Below, piece by piece: positions 42,121-55,500 of a stretch of 64,000 bases of DNA. The DNA is from Octopus bimaculoides. Its lineage: Eukaryota. The stretch covers positions 28,721,345 to 28,785,344 of the forward strand of contig NC_069001.1 in assembly GCF_001194135.2 (NCBI RefSeq), read 5' to 3'. The first letter of the stretch is position 1. Every line of letters begins with the position of its first letter. Below the pieces are notes generated by a model. The model worked only from the letters and a program-made list of their open reading frames with translations, was not told where the DNA came from and did not search any database. The position numbers were made by a program, and so were the translations under genes.

Positions 42121-43224
42121 AGGGCTAGGAAATATTAATTTAAGCAGTGATAAATGAAAAATAGAACTTATGGGGGAAATTATATTTCGTTCAGAAGACC
42201 CAAGTTGTGGTTGGTCATTGTGGCATGATTTTATGCTCCAAACAGAATCTTCCACGGATAGTCGACCCACGTTATTACAGATCAATTCGTAATTGCCCCC
42301 CCCCCAAAAAAAAAGAAGAAATTAGCACCAATTTAGCTGTCATCCAAGTTCCGTGATAAATGAACTAATGTGATCCCAGTTCCGTGATAATGATGAGAGA
42401 TTAGAAGCATTTTACTAAGCCTATTAGTCTAGGATTGTATAACTCTAAATGAAGCTTAGAAACATTCAGGTAGTTTGCTCTGATAGAATCTTGTCTTTTG
42501 ATTGCGTTGTGTTATATCTGAAAACCAAATTAAATCATATTATAACATCATTACTACAAGAACAGAAATATTATACAGAATTTTTTTTTTTCAAACAATA
42601 ACATTCTAATGAATATCATTTCTTACCTTATAAGCATACTGTTTAATAGAAGATTGGGTCTGAAGAAGTAAGAATAATTCATATATTGCATATCAAACAG
42701 AAAATAGATCAAGGGCAGTGAGATGAGGTGTCCACGAACTCATTTAATAAGAAATTTATTACGAGGACTGAGAAATTGTATATTTCTTGGTGTGGTGAAA
42801 GGCGAATGATAATTACCAGGTATTACGACGCTTATTGGTGTAACACTGCCCACCTCTCGGTCTATTTGCCTCACGGTCCTATTATTCTACAACCTGTTCT
42901 GTACTATACTTGTGAGGGGTTTAAGTCTAGCTCATAACAACTGTCACAATAGTTCATAAAAGGGCACATAAAAAGTGGTTTCCCATTATAAACCATTATC
43001 ATATATGACTCTTCGTAAAGCTGATGAAGTTACGATCTTTTTTTTTTTGTATATGGGAGTTGGCGGCAAAAGTCTAAATTGACACTCGATTACATAAATC
43101 TCTTTCGTATCCAGTTCTGTTTAATGATGATTGGCTTTGTGTGTGTTTGTGTGTGTGTGTGTGCGTGTGCATGATGATTGACCGTTGACTGGACACTATT
43201 AAATTTTTTTTCTCCGTGTTTTTC

Positions 43225-43360
43225 TCCTTGTCTCCGTATTCTTTCTGTTGAAGAGCGTAGCTCGAAACGTCAAAGACTTTCCGTATTCCCGAGCGTCATA
43301 CTAATACATCCTTTTGTTATTTACACCATCTGTCCTCGTCTGTTGTTGTTTTTTCGTATA
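43225..43360 (+). repeat. Dispersed repeat carrying the hammerhead-like motif; related copies at about 29545-29675 (+) and 44416-44481 (-)
   Basis: Shared gacttt(c)...ttccc(g)agcgt...ctaatacat sequence. The 29.5 kb copy retains a degenerate gaagg..tcgaaccgttaatgacttt, and the 44.4 kb copy is the inverted 3' part. Confidence 0.6.
43240..43276 (+). ncRNA. Minimal type I hammerhead ribozyme-like motif (A6U variant) in a Penelope-terminal-type repeat
   Basis: tcttt|CTGTTGA|a|GAGC-gta-GCTC|GAAA|C|GTC|aaaga: 5-bp stem I, 4-bp stem II, palindromic ACGT stem III and a GUC cleavage triplet. The only core deviation is A6 to U. Confidence 0.55.
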
Positions 43361-44489
43361 TTCTCCCCTATATGTATATATACGTACATAGACACACATA
43401 TGCACATAACTGCGCCACATATACACAAAAGCACACACACACACACATATATAACTATATATACATATATATAACCTGTGTATGGGTATACGCATTCATT
43501 TATATATGAATGTATGTGTGTATGCATAACTCACACACATAGATATATAGATCGATAGATAGATACAACAGAGTGAGGTGATAATTGCTACACGCACACA
43601 CACACATATATATATATATATATTTTATTCTCAAACTCATCCACATACATTTATCGCGTCCGTGTATGCGTGCATTTATATATTTTCTACACCCACGTAT
43701 CTATAAGCATTATGAGTGTGTCTGTGTATATATACATATATATATGCGTCCATTCGTATGTGCATCTGTAAGAAATAGTTGTGTCCATTGAATAACCATT
43801 GAATCTAAGTGAACAAATGTATCTAAAAACGCTAAAAACATTCAACATAACACTACATATGCGCATAAAATATACATGTACACACGTTACATCATGTTTG
43901 ATCTTTTACTTTAACACATTTTGCTATATATTGTTCTTGATCTCTTCTTACTTGATGTATAAATACGTAGAACTTCAAACACGTTACGTATCTCATCATT
44001 ATGATGTTCGAAGTTGGCGTCAGGATCTGTAGATGGGTGGACATACTTTAAAGTGATGTTCAGTTACGTCTCTTTAAGTTTTACTTTCGAAACCACTCTG
44101 GGCGATTTTTTCCCTTGATGATCCTGCAAGGAAATGTTTTATGAAACACAATGGTCGATGTAATCAACTCTCTTTCCCTTTTTACAAAAGAAACAATTTA
44201 TTGTAAGGAATTACAATTATTTTCTTTATAAAAGAACGATAATTGGAATAACAGAATACGTATAACCACCACGAAAATGTGTTTCAGCGGAGCTTTACGA
44301 TCCAATTTCTAATCCCACAATGTTCAGTTTTGCTAAAGTACCAGCAACACACTGAGGATTATGTAGTTGAAATTTACAAATAATAATAATAATAATTAAT
44401 AATAAACAAAACAAAAGACGAAGACGGGTGTGTAGACAATAGATGTATGTATTAGTTTAACGCTCGGGAAGTGAGAAAGTCATCTCCAC

Positions 44490-44700
44490 TACTTGAGTAT
44501 CTTATAAAGCCTGGTACTTGTTCTATCATTATCCTTTGGTGAACCGCTAAGTTACGGGGGTGTATACAAGCTAACACTTGTTGAGAAGCCGTATAAGGCG
44601 ACACAGACACAATGACACGCACAAACACTTATATACGTTGTAGGGTTCCACTTAGTGCCTATCTCAAAAATTCACGCAGAAGGCATTAATCGGGGCATTA
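44490..44700 (-). mobile_element. SINE family B, degraded
   Basis: gtacttgttctatc...gaaccgctaagttacggggg matches the reverse complement of the family B 3' half. Confidence 0.55.
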
Positions 44701-45465
44701 ATACCTTATGCTAAATATAAACAGTGGTATTTAGGGAACGGCTTTTTTACTTCCCCATTTGCTTTGCAGCTGAAGTGAAATTTGTTTTTCATTATTGACG
44801 AAACGATAAGAAGAAAATGAAAGATGTGATTCAATGGGGTCTATTTAATTGGTGGTATACGGCAGTGGTGCGAATATTTATGTTGGAAATCGGTATTTTA
44901 ATAATGGATAAGAAGACTACGGGATTTTGTTTAATGTCTTTTCCTCCTGAATTAAAATCACTTTCGTTTATACCTTCTATTCTTTCGAGTGAAGAAAATA
45001 TATACCGAACATGTATAGCATCGAAAGAGTGTTATATATTGCTAGTAAGGCTTTCAGTCATTTCATCTGTCGTTTTAGTGATCGTTATTTTCAGTTTTTG
45101 CTTCATTGTTTCGAAATTATAATCCAATAAGATCTTTTGCGCTTAATGCGTTTTTCTGTCTCTTTCTCAGTTTTTCTATTTGTATGTATATTTATCAATG
45201 TGTGTAGATGTGTTTCCCTATCTATTTATAATCCGTCGTGTCTTTTTATAGTATGGTTTTTCCATCCGTAACCAGCAAACTTTGACGTTCTCCCTCCTCT
45301 CAGTGCACCGGGGAACAGAGGATAGCGTTTAGGTACCATTGCAAGCTTATATTTTTAATCAATAATCCTTTAATTGCTTTACATCTTCAAAGTATCTTGT
45401 CATTCTTACTGACAGCATAAATTATTTCCCTTATTTGGATTATGACATCCTAATTTTACATTGCA

Positions 45466-45680
45466 AGGGTGGCAAGCTGACATAATTGTTAGCAAGCTGG
45501 ATAAAATGTTTAACGTTATTTCTGCTGGCTTTAGGTTATGAGTTCAAATTCTACAGAGCTCGATTTTGCATTTCATTCTTTCAGGGTCAACAAAATAGAT
45601 TATTTGAGCATCCCTATGTCCAGATACCCGACTAGTCTCTTCCCTCAAATTTTCAGGCTTTGTGTTTATACTGGAAACAG
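45466..45680 (+). mobile_element. SINE family A
   Basis: ggtggcaagctgacataattgttagc...gagttcaaattct...ccctcaaattttcaggctttgtg. Confidence 0.75.
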
Positions 45681-46675
45681 TATTTTTTATACCAATCTGG
45701 AAATACACATCACCAACAAGAAAGTAGACACCTATATAGTTAGTCGACCTGGTAAAAGTATCAACTAAATTCCTATCTCTAATAAAAAATACTATCAACT
45801 TAAATCAGGTATTATGTCATTTGTTATACCATTGACAACAGCTTTAGTGTGACCCTGTCATTTATAAAACAGTAGGAGTTTCAGAAAATTTCGTAGCTGT
45901 TTCTAGCAGATTGAGATTCACAGAGATAGCTATATCTCCGCCGGAAATCAAGTCGTTTATATGAAAACGTATACAAAGTTGAAAATGACGGTCACATGAA
46001 CGAGAACTTGGCTCACATCCAACAACGTGCAAAAGTGAAAAGGGAACGGGAGTGTGTGAAGTGTATTAGATGTATTAAAAGAATGAAAGTTCAATACCAC
46101 TGCAACTGGATTGAAAAGCATGTTGAGGCGAGTATCTAACATCTTTCCTCCGGCATTTACTCTCCTCTGACATTCTACGGCATTAAGAATAAAAATATTG
46201 ATTTCCTGCATTGACAAAAAGCCATAATATTTTTTTAGGAAGCGGTGTAACCGATGGAAGAGATCCAATAATACATTACGGATTTGAATATATCGATATG
46301 GGGTGGGGGTGTATGAAAGAAAAAAAATGTCAATTTTCGTAGGATTTTCAATTCAAAATGCAAAGGCACTTAACTGGTATATCGTAATGCCTTTCGTTTG
46401 GTCCGTATTATTCTACCCGACGTGTTCACAAGCGAGATTATATTAGGAACTCAATAATGGCACTCAAACTTTATTATAGACTGCATTTTCACTGCACAAT
46501 GCTAACCTAGTCTGCTGTATTTGTTGGATCATTTATTGGGTTGGACTGTGGCCATAGAGGAGACCGCGTTTGAACAGTTTCAGTTTAATAAATTGACCTC
46601 GCAACAGACGCACACGCGTACAAACACTCACACATACACACACATACACTCTGTTACGCCGACAGAAAGTGAGTT

Positions 46676-46704
<29 letters not shown>

Positions 46705-46706
<2 letters not shown>

Positions 46707-46850
46707 GCATGCAGGCAGGATTATTAGCACAATGGACGGAATGCTTAGCAGTATTTCGGCCGTCGCTACGTTCTGAGTTCAAGTTCCACAACTTTGTCTT
46801 TCATCCTTCCAAAGGCGATAAATTACGTACCACTGGAGTACTGTCCTATT
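46705..46850 (+). mobile_element. SINE family A, 3'-truncated
   Basis: gcaggcaggattattagcac...atgcttagcagtatttcg...gttctgagttcaag. Confidence 0.7.
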
Positions 46851-47289
46851 AAACAGAATAGTTGCTGTGCTCCATCCAGTAAATGCTAACATTTTCGATC
46901 GGTTAAAATCATAGGCCATGAAAGTCGGTGCAAGACTATCATTATTGTTGCTTTTATTATTATTATAATCAGCATGAAAAATCACCCATACTTGAGATCC
47001 GTGAGTTTCATAATTGACACGAAACTCACCATTTGAGTATACGAATGTATATGCACTCAGGTTTTGAATGATACTTTCCTGTTTGCATCTCCAACCCCNN
47101 NNNNNNNNNNNNNNNNNNNNNNNNNNNNNNNNNNNNNNNNNNNNNNNNNNNNNNNNNNNNNNNNNNNNNNNNNNNNNNNNNNNNNNNNNNNNNNNNNNNN
47201 NNNNNNNNNNNNNNNNNNNNNNNNNNNNNNNNNNNNNNNNNNNNNNNNNNNNNNNNNNNNNNNNNNNNNNNNNNNNNNNNNNNNNNNNN

Positions 47290-47336
<47 letters not shown>

Positions 47337-48335
47337 CATTATATGCATTAAAAGTATTGTATATATCTTTATCTTTTATGGTTACGTGAACATATACATG
47401 ATTTCACAATCACGTGTGCATTTCTCTGCATGTACCTTTATCTGTGTCTGTAGGTGTGTGTGCGTATGTTTTTGTTTTTTATTTAAGTAGAACGAATTTG
47501 AAAGTAGGTGCACGTCACAGAATTTATAGTAAAAATAATTGGAGGTGGGAATATTTGAAAATGTGGGTATCTGGAAATAGTTACACACGACAAAAGAATT
47601 CTTACAGATTTATGATATTTAGTCGAGGTGCTGCAATGATATCAGAAGGTTAGAGTTCCATAAATGTTCTGATACGAACATCAAGGTCCGATACATTCAT
47701 TACTTTTTTTTTTCTATGTATCCGGTTTTATTTCTCCCGTTTGCAGAATCACATTTGCAGCATACATTATATTATTCGAGTATGTTTGTCATTAAACACA
47801 TAAAAAAAAAAAAAACGTTAATTGAATATTTACAGCAGGCATTTCGATATTTTTAACACTGATATTATTTCTTTATTTCTAATTATTCATTTATATATAA
47901 TTACCTTCAAAATTCCCTTAAGTATAACACATCATTTAGCGGAAACACTTAACTCACTTTACATATTTAGAATTGTACAATTTCTCTTCAGGCAAACAGG
48001 AATATACAATGATACATAAATATTCATAGTTGTGTTTCTAAAAGTGGAGTATGCATTAAAAATAATTTTGTTTTTCTCACAATCTTTTGTTTAAAAATTT
48101 CATCTGATTATTTCAAATTTATTACAAATGTAGGAAAACTGATTATGCTTGCATCCATTTCCGATATTGGCTAGACATTATTATATTAAATACGGAACAT
48201 GAATTTTGTTCCCTGTCCTCTGTATAAAAACAAGCGACTTTCTAACCGATATACATTAATATAACATGGCGCCTTTAACAAAAAAATATATTTACGCTTT
48301 TACTTTAACTTCTTATTTATTTTTATTCTTTGCAG

Positions 48336-48590
48336 TATGTTTCCAAGTTGGTTTGAATTCCATTGCGTTGTTTGGTCCTCGATCGTATATGGTGGCTTCC
48401 TATGTGAACTCAATGTGCAATGCCTTGAAGATCCCTCACATCGAGGTTCGCATGGACCACTTTCTCTCGGATGTCCCCACATTCTCAATCAACCTCCACC
48501 CAGACATGCACCAACTCAGCAGGGCTTATCTAGATGTCATCCAGTACTTCCAATGGAAACAAGTACTCGTCATTTTTGGTGACAAAGAAG
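48336..48590 (+). CDS. Internal coding exon of an ionotropic glutamate receptor (kainate-like), amino-terminal (LIVBP-like) domain
   Basis: Polypyrimidine tract plus ttgcag acceptor ending at 48335; donor GAAG|gtaaga at 48591; 255 nt, phase 1-1. Translation CFQVGLNSIALFGPRSYMVASYVNSMCNALKIPHIEVRMDHFLSDVPTFSINLHPDMHQLSRAYLDVIQYFQWKQVLVIFGDKE(G) matches the iGluR ATD pattern C.Q...G..A.FGP.S......V.S.C.AL.IPHIE.R...SINL(H/Y)P....L..A..D.+....W. Confidence 0.93.
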
Positions 48591-49794
48591 GTAAGACATC
48601 CACAAGATTGCAGCTTTTTAATTCTTTCATATTTGATTTACCGTGTATGGATAATTTACCCTCGCAGTCGAGGAAATTCGCATATAAGCAATGAAAATGC
48701 TTCAAAATTATCAATGAAACTAAAATATTTCTTTTGCAGTATACAAGTAGAAATACATTTGAAATAACATAATTTGTGGTAATTTTTTGTTTTGAAATCT
48801 CTTCAATTTTTTCATTGTTTTTCCTTCGTCGTGTGATAGGGGACATAACTAATTATCTATTACAAAAGGCAGTACAATCGGCAGGAACTGTAATAATATA
48901 AAATACCTGATATTATTGGTCGCTACGATAATGATTGTTGGGGCTTTTTGTTTTTTTGTCTTACTTTTGGTTACGGAAAACAGATTCAATACTGTGAGGA
49001 GTGAATGGAAATCTCTCGCCTATGTGCTCTAGTAACAAAGTCTTATGTTATTTTTGTTGCTTATCGTCGTTATCATCAGATATCCGTTGGTTTTTGACTG
49101 CTGAACCCCGTAAGCAATTCCCGTAATGTACACTCATTGCAAAGTAATATAATGTATAAATGAAACTTTGGTACTTTGTATGCAAGAGTACTATACGGTT
49201 TGGGTACACATGGTGTGAAAGCTTCCTGAACATGTCAGTTTTCGAAACGTTTCTCACCGAACATGATATGTGTAAAGATTCAATACTTTCGTTACATTTC
49301 TTAAGGATGTGCTTCTCAAATATTGATAATAGTTAGTTTTGTAAGTAAATTAGTCTTTTGAGTTGTAGATCGAGAAAGCTCTTTTGACAATATACTGCCA
49401 AATTTAATTAATTTACACCTCACTTAACATAATTTTATGTAGTGATGAATTTCAATTCCATCAAAAGAACGTAATTGAATTTATTTTTCCAATACTCCTT
49501 TTTCTGTCAAGTTGAGTGAAACAGTGGAAAAATTATTTCAAAATAAATTGATATCTAAATAAATATTTACATCTAAACCCAATTAAAATAACTTCCTTGA
49601 GCAAAATGCCAAAGACCAAAACCTACTTTGATACGTTTTACATTATTAGCTCTTTATTGTTATCTGTGAATTTTGTATTGTAGCTATCAACATTATGAGG
49701 AAACGTTTTTGGCGTTTCAGAATTGATATCTTTGACGGTGTTGCATATGTGTGCCAGCGACTTTGGTCATGCTGGCTCTCCTAATACACGAATA

Positions 49795-49985
49795 ACTAGG
49801 CAAATGCGTGGTTCTGTGCTTAGCAAACTCTCTTCGGAGCAACGTGGTTTCATGTTCAGTTCCACAACGCGGTCCGTTGGACAAGTATGTTCTCCTATTT
49901 CATCGTGCTGACTGATGCTTTGTGACTAAATTTGGTAGCTGAAAACTGCATAGAAATCCGTCGCATCTGTGTGTGTATGTGTGTG
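49795..49985 (+). mobile_element. SINE family B, degraded 5' half
   Basis: catgttcagttccacaacgcgg...ggacaagtatgttctcctatt...tttggtagctgaaaactg. Confidence 0.55.
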
Positions 49986-50289
49986 TGCACGCTCGTGTTG
50001 AACACTGATAGTAGACAACACAATGTAACAATAACTGCTCCTTTTACGGAAACGCAGCTACATTGCGAAATTAACTGAATTTCATACTACGCGTGAAGCA
50101 CGGTACGAAAGTGACATCTGCTCGATATGCTGTATCAAAAACGGTGTATACCCATCATGACCAGTCATCTGAGAAGGGGACACGAGACACACGCATCACA
50201 ACAATATGTGCGTGACATGGGGTTCTCTTATCAAGAAAACCATCTCATGACCTTTCAGGTGGAGCCCAGTTAGAATTTTCTTCAGGTCG

Positions 50290-50507
50290 AGAAATCGTTA
50301 GCACGCCAGGCAGTATCGTTAGCACGCCAGGAGGAAATGCTTCACCGTGTTTTGTTTGCCGTTACGTTCGGAGTTCAAATTCCACCGGGGTCAACTTTGC
50401 CTTTCATTTTTTCGGCGTCGATTAAATAAGTATCTGTTACGCACTGGGGTCGATGTAATCGACTTAATCCTTTTCCTGCCCTTGTCTGCCCCCTGTGGGC
50501 AGTAAAG
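50290..50507 (+). mobile_element. SINE family A with duplicated head segment
   Basis: atcgttagcacgccagg occurs twice, then gagttcaaattcc...gcactggggtcgatgtaatcgacttaatcc. Confidence 0.85.
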
Positions 50508-51365
50508 ACATGGATATACTGTATCAAAATTAACGATGGATCAGTCTTTGGTTGTTGAAGTAATTAATAATCTAAAAAATTATGACTGCTGAAAAAGTCG
50601 AATTTTCCAATATTTCAGTTGGGGGCAAAAACAATGAAGTGTTTCTACTGAGCGTATCGATCCCACAAACCTATGTTTCATATTCAGTCTGGAAATTATA
50701 CTATCACTATTTTAGTTTTGTATTTTAATCTGAAGCAGAATGTATATTAGGATGCCTTCGGCATACATACGCACACCGAAGATACAAACACACACACACA
50801 TACACACATATACATAAACATAATGCATACATGCATGCGTACGTGCGTACGTACAACTAATTATCAGCAAAAACGAAAACAGTTGCGCTGCCCAGTGGCG
50901 AAGTTTATAAATACACCAACCGGATTACAAGTACAGATTTACACACTTAATTATTGGGGCACTAGGATAAACAAAACGAACTGTCTTACCTCTAATTTTA
51001 ACGAATTACTGTTCTAAAAACGAGAACGGAAAGAACTGATTAGGATACAACAGATGCAATTCATCATTGGACCTCTTGGAATATGCAAAGTTTAAAATAT
51101 AAGTAAATATACACATTACGGAACATGTAAATAGATGTATCAGTAGGCGTGTATAATGGAAAGCTTACTCATGCACTGGCGGAAAATACGTGCCCAAATT
51201 CATGTTCAACTATGCAGTTGATATTGTTGAAAGTCTGACGAAGAAGACCTCATCTAGGTTAGAAATTGATTCTTTCGTCATTGACATGAAATCTAGAAAT
51301 ATATATAAATACATACATATGTGTATGAGTTTGTGTGTATATACATACACACACANNNNNNNNNN

Positions 51366-51410
<45 letters not shown>

Positions 51411-52400
51411 ATATTATATCATAGATATAAACATGTATATATATATATATGTATATGTATATATTCGTATATATGTATATATACACGTACAGGTAAAGAG
51501 TAATAGATAGATAGATATTCTAGAAGCACATACGTAATTAACCATACCGATTTCAGTTCATAGAATCCTAGAACGGGGACCAGGAGCATATATTCCTTAA
51601 AAATATTGTCTGTGTAAAGAAATCGTGATGTACTTCAATTTAAGTAGCATACATTACCAAGAACCCCGCAATTCGACAACTATTAATTCCGTGTACAGTA
51701 TTAAAAAAGTCTTGCCAACTCATTACTCTACTTAATGATTATTATTTTATGCATAATATTGTTAATGTAATTTTTATGTATTTTCATTCATTTCATTTAT
51801 TCGGATTGCTGTTAATGTGGTGGCGCTCATATCCGTTTTCGACAGTTTCCTTTTCTATTTCTTACTTTTGGGTTTTTTTATATGTGTGTATAGTGTATCT
51901 ATTAGAATGCATGTCATTTTAGTGTCTTTGAATTCATTTGCTCATTTATTTTTGTTTTTGTTGTCCTTGTTATTACTAACTTTTTTCGCGAATGATTTTG
52001 TTCTTACAATCCCAGATTCTTCGCATAGTATTAAGTTATCTTTGAATTCGTGACTATTTGGTTTGATCATCAATCTATACGGAAGGCATCTCTGTGGCGA
52101 AAAACGTCATGCAGTTTGTTGAACATGTTAATTCTTCAATTCGTAGATTGCAAAAGTTAACTTGTATTACTTCTTTGATACCAACTCCTTTTTTCTTTCT
52201 TTCGTGGTTTCCTTTCCTTCTTCTATTCTGTCTTTCTTTTTTCCGTCTTTCGTCCCGTTCTTCTTTTCATTCTGCTCTTCTTTATTTCCTTCTGTCCCTC
52301 TTCCTCCCCACCCCAACCACTGCTCGCACAGTATTTAAAATGATCTTGAGCATGATTTTTCACCGTAGAATTTACATTTAGAAAAATGAATAAAATTGTT

Positions 52401-52436
<36 letters not shown>

Positions 52437-52494
52437 TACATGCGTATTTATGTGCCTATGCACATATAGAATATTAATTCTAAATATACATACG

Positions 52495-52536
<42 letters not shown>

Positions 52537-55500
52537 CTAGTGTATGTAAATATATACGAATACATGTATATGTATATGTGTGTGTATGTATATAAACACG
52601 CACGCACACACATATATATACCTATATGTATGAGTGGTTTTTTTCCATGTGTTTGTTATTAAAGTTTTTCGCAAGAGTATTCTTGTTACCCATTAATTAA
52701 TTTTATAACACATCTATTAGTTAGCACTACACGAATCCTTTGCAAAAATCTGATAGTTTTGTTTTTGATATCGTAGGTGGTCGAAGGGAAAATTTAAGAG
52801 GAAACAAAAGCTGTCAGTCGATACAATGCAACCTACAGCGAGAACTTTTCTTGTTTTCTATACTATACGTGAGTGTGTGTGAGTGTGTTTGAGTCATTTT
52901 GTTCTTATTTTTGTATGTTTTTTTTTCTTTTGCTTTAAACGTAATCTTACTCGATAAATACTAGGAGAGTGTATCGTTGAGATATAAATGCTTAGCAAAA
53001 TAAGGTGACACCTGAAACAATTGGCAGAAAATTTCGTTGGAGTATCTTTCTTACCTGTCCCATCTAAGTTGTTTGGAGCATGAAACTAATGTTTACGTTT
53101 GCATATAATTACGTACATTATTTCTGTGTGGGTGGGTGTGGGGTTCAAAGACATTGAAGATACAAGGACGAAATCAAAGAACAGGTGATTTAGACTTACG
53201 CTCAGGCAAAAATGGAGGATGCCTCTTATACAGATACTTATTTATATACATGCATGCATACATACGTTATATATACAGGATGCGTAAGATATTTGACGAT
53301 AGATTTATGTTTAAAAAACACAGATATATAACAGAAAATAACTGTATTTATCAAAAAAAGCTATGAGGATAAACATAAGCCTTCTGTTATATGTTATTCA
53401 AAAAAAGCCACCTTCAGCTTTATCAACTGCTTCTATATGAGATCTAAATCATCTACATGCTTGAATCAACTGGTCCTGGTTCATTTTGGACATTATTCTG
53501 ACTATAGCAGCTTTCAAATGTTATATCATTAAAAAATGAATTTCATATTTCTAACACCCTGCTAAAATTTAATTGTTAGTGTATCAAAATTGTTGATCAA
53601 CTCATATTGGCTGTTTTCATGGGAGATAAATTTTGAAGAAACATCTTAGAAATTGGGCCAAATGGAAAATTTATAAAATAAGATTAGTTGTGTATAAAGT
53701 GACGTGCGATATTTGTAGGTACGAATAGAGAGCGGGCTTACAGGAGGGGCAAAGCAAATTTAGTGAACTTTCTACTAATCATGAAAATATTTGGTCGATA
53801 ATACTTGCTTAAATCTATTAACTAAATTCGGATTTCCTGAATTGGTAGGTAAACTATTCAGCTCTTAATTGAAAAACATTGGTGTGGAATTTCTCTCCAT
53901 TGCTGAATGACTGTATGCCTTATCGAAACTTTATTCTTCTCTTCCTAAGATACAGTAATGACAAGTGAGCGATGTTCATTCTTGTTTGTCTTTAAGGTAA
54001 AACAATCTAATGGAGTCTGAAACCCTACTGCCAACTGGAAAATACTATTGATGCTGTAGTTTTTGATACGATATGTCTGTGTTAAAAAAGACAGTTTCGT
54101 CACTATCCCGCTCAATCACGTCTGTTCTATTTGGGGCAATTATTCAACAAAATACACCGGCAAAAACTAAGAACAATTCCCTGCAATTTTGTTAAGTGCA
54201 TCTTAATTGTCATATTATATTACACCTCACCACACACGGACACACATGCAGATTGTGAAGGAGAGAGAGAAAGAGAGCTATAGTGAACTTTAGTTGTCAC
54301 TAATGGATATTATGCGATTGGTGACGATATGACAGTATAAGAAAAGTTGCACTATTTGTATTTCATCAAATATGTGTTTCATTTGCCGAGTATATTTGCT
54401 TCAAAGCCAGTCTCAATAATATGAAATAAGATCATCACGAACGAAAATTAAATGACTATCACTTTATAACCGATGTGTTACTTGTATGTGTCTCGATATA
54501 TATTTGGAGATTACATACACCAAAACATCTACGTATAGGAAGCGAGAAAGATAGACATACAAACACATATACACACAAAGGTACATAGATATATAGATAG
54601 ATTGATTGAGAAATAGAAAGATACATAGATAGATGCTTACATACAAACAGACGTACACATGCAGGTATAAGTTTTTATGCAAGTCTTTGTGTGTTCGTGT
54701 TCGCATGAGAGGATGCATGGGTTTTCCGACACAATATAAAACAGTGAAACATATTCCACACGTTTTTTTCCCGTTGTTGTTATGTTTAAAGATCAGCTGT
54801 TTAAAGATCAGCTGTTGTTGTATGTATGTATTAATTCCATATACACCATTATTTTCAGAACCAGCACGCAATAAAAATTCATAAGACAACAAGTAGTTTC
54901 AATATGACGTGGAAACAAAAACGCCGTGAAATGCGTTTAGGCTTATATGGGATTTATTTATAAATCAGAGCACGGTCATAGCTGAATGGCGTAAGATTGA
55001 TTATTCCCAACCTATTCTCGAAGAATATTGAACGGAAATAATGTATAAGCAAATGGGACGTCGATAATACTTAAGAAATATTATTAAAGGGTGAGATAAC
55101 AATTTATAGATTTACTAAGAGACTGTTTATGAGAGATAAGTGTAGATTTTAATGATATAACTTAGAAAGACGGTAATTATGAGGGAGATGATTAAAATTG
55201 TTGGCATTATTAAAACGGATAATTAAGCAATTATTTAATGCAACGTGTAAATTCGGGTATATCAGTCAGGTCACATCATATTAGAGATAATTAGAGGAGA
55301 TTAAGGTCAGCGGATGGGATTTTAGTTTATATGATACAGATATGAGGTTAAAGATTTGGAATTAAATATTAGTTCCTGCACTTTTGCAGCCTCCAGGCCT
55401 TCATGATATAAATGTTAGAAATGCCAAAGCTCGGTTTATTGGAAGTAATTGCAGCTTTATAAAGGTGATGCGTTAATTGAATTTCGCATTAGAGGTTTAA

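Noticed and set aside
44770-45122. Strong acceptor at 44769 and 101-aa ORF as an iGluR upstream exon
   Set aside because: All three frames stop within about 30 nt of the acceptor, and the ORF lacks ATD motifs and a good donor.
47747-47779. 33-nt micro-exon before the iGluR exon
   Set aside because: Splice sites are plausible but the peptide has no recognisable similarity; chance AG/GT pairs are common.
52094-52170. SIRRLQKL as the expected LLRLQ exon
   Set aside because: No suitable acceptor and the flanking translation is low complexity.
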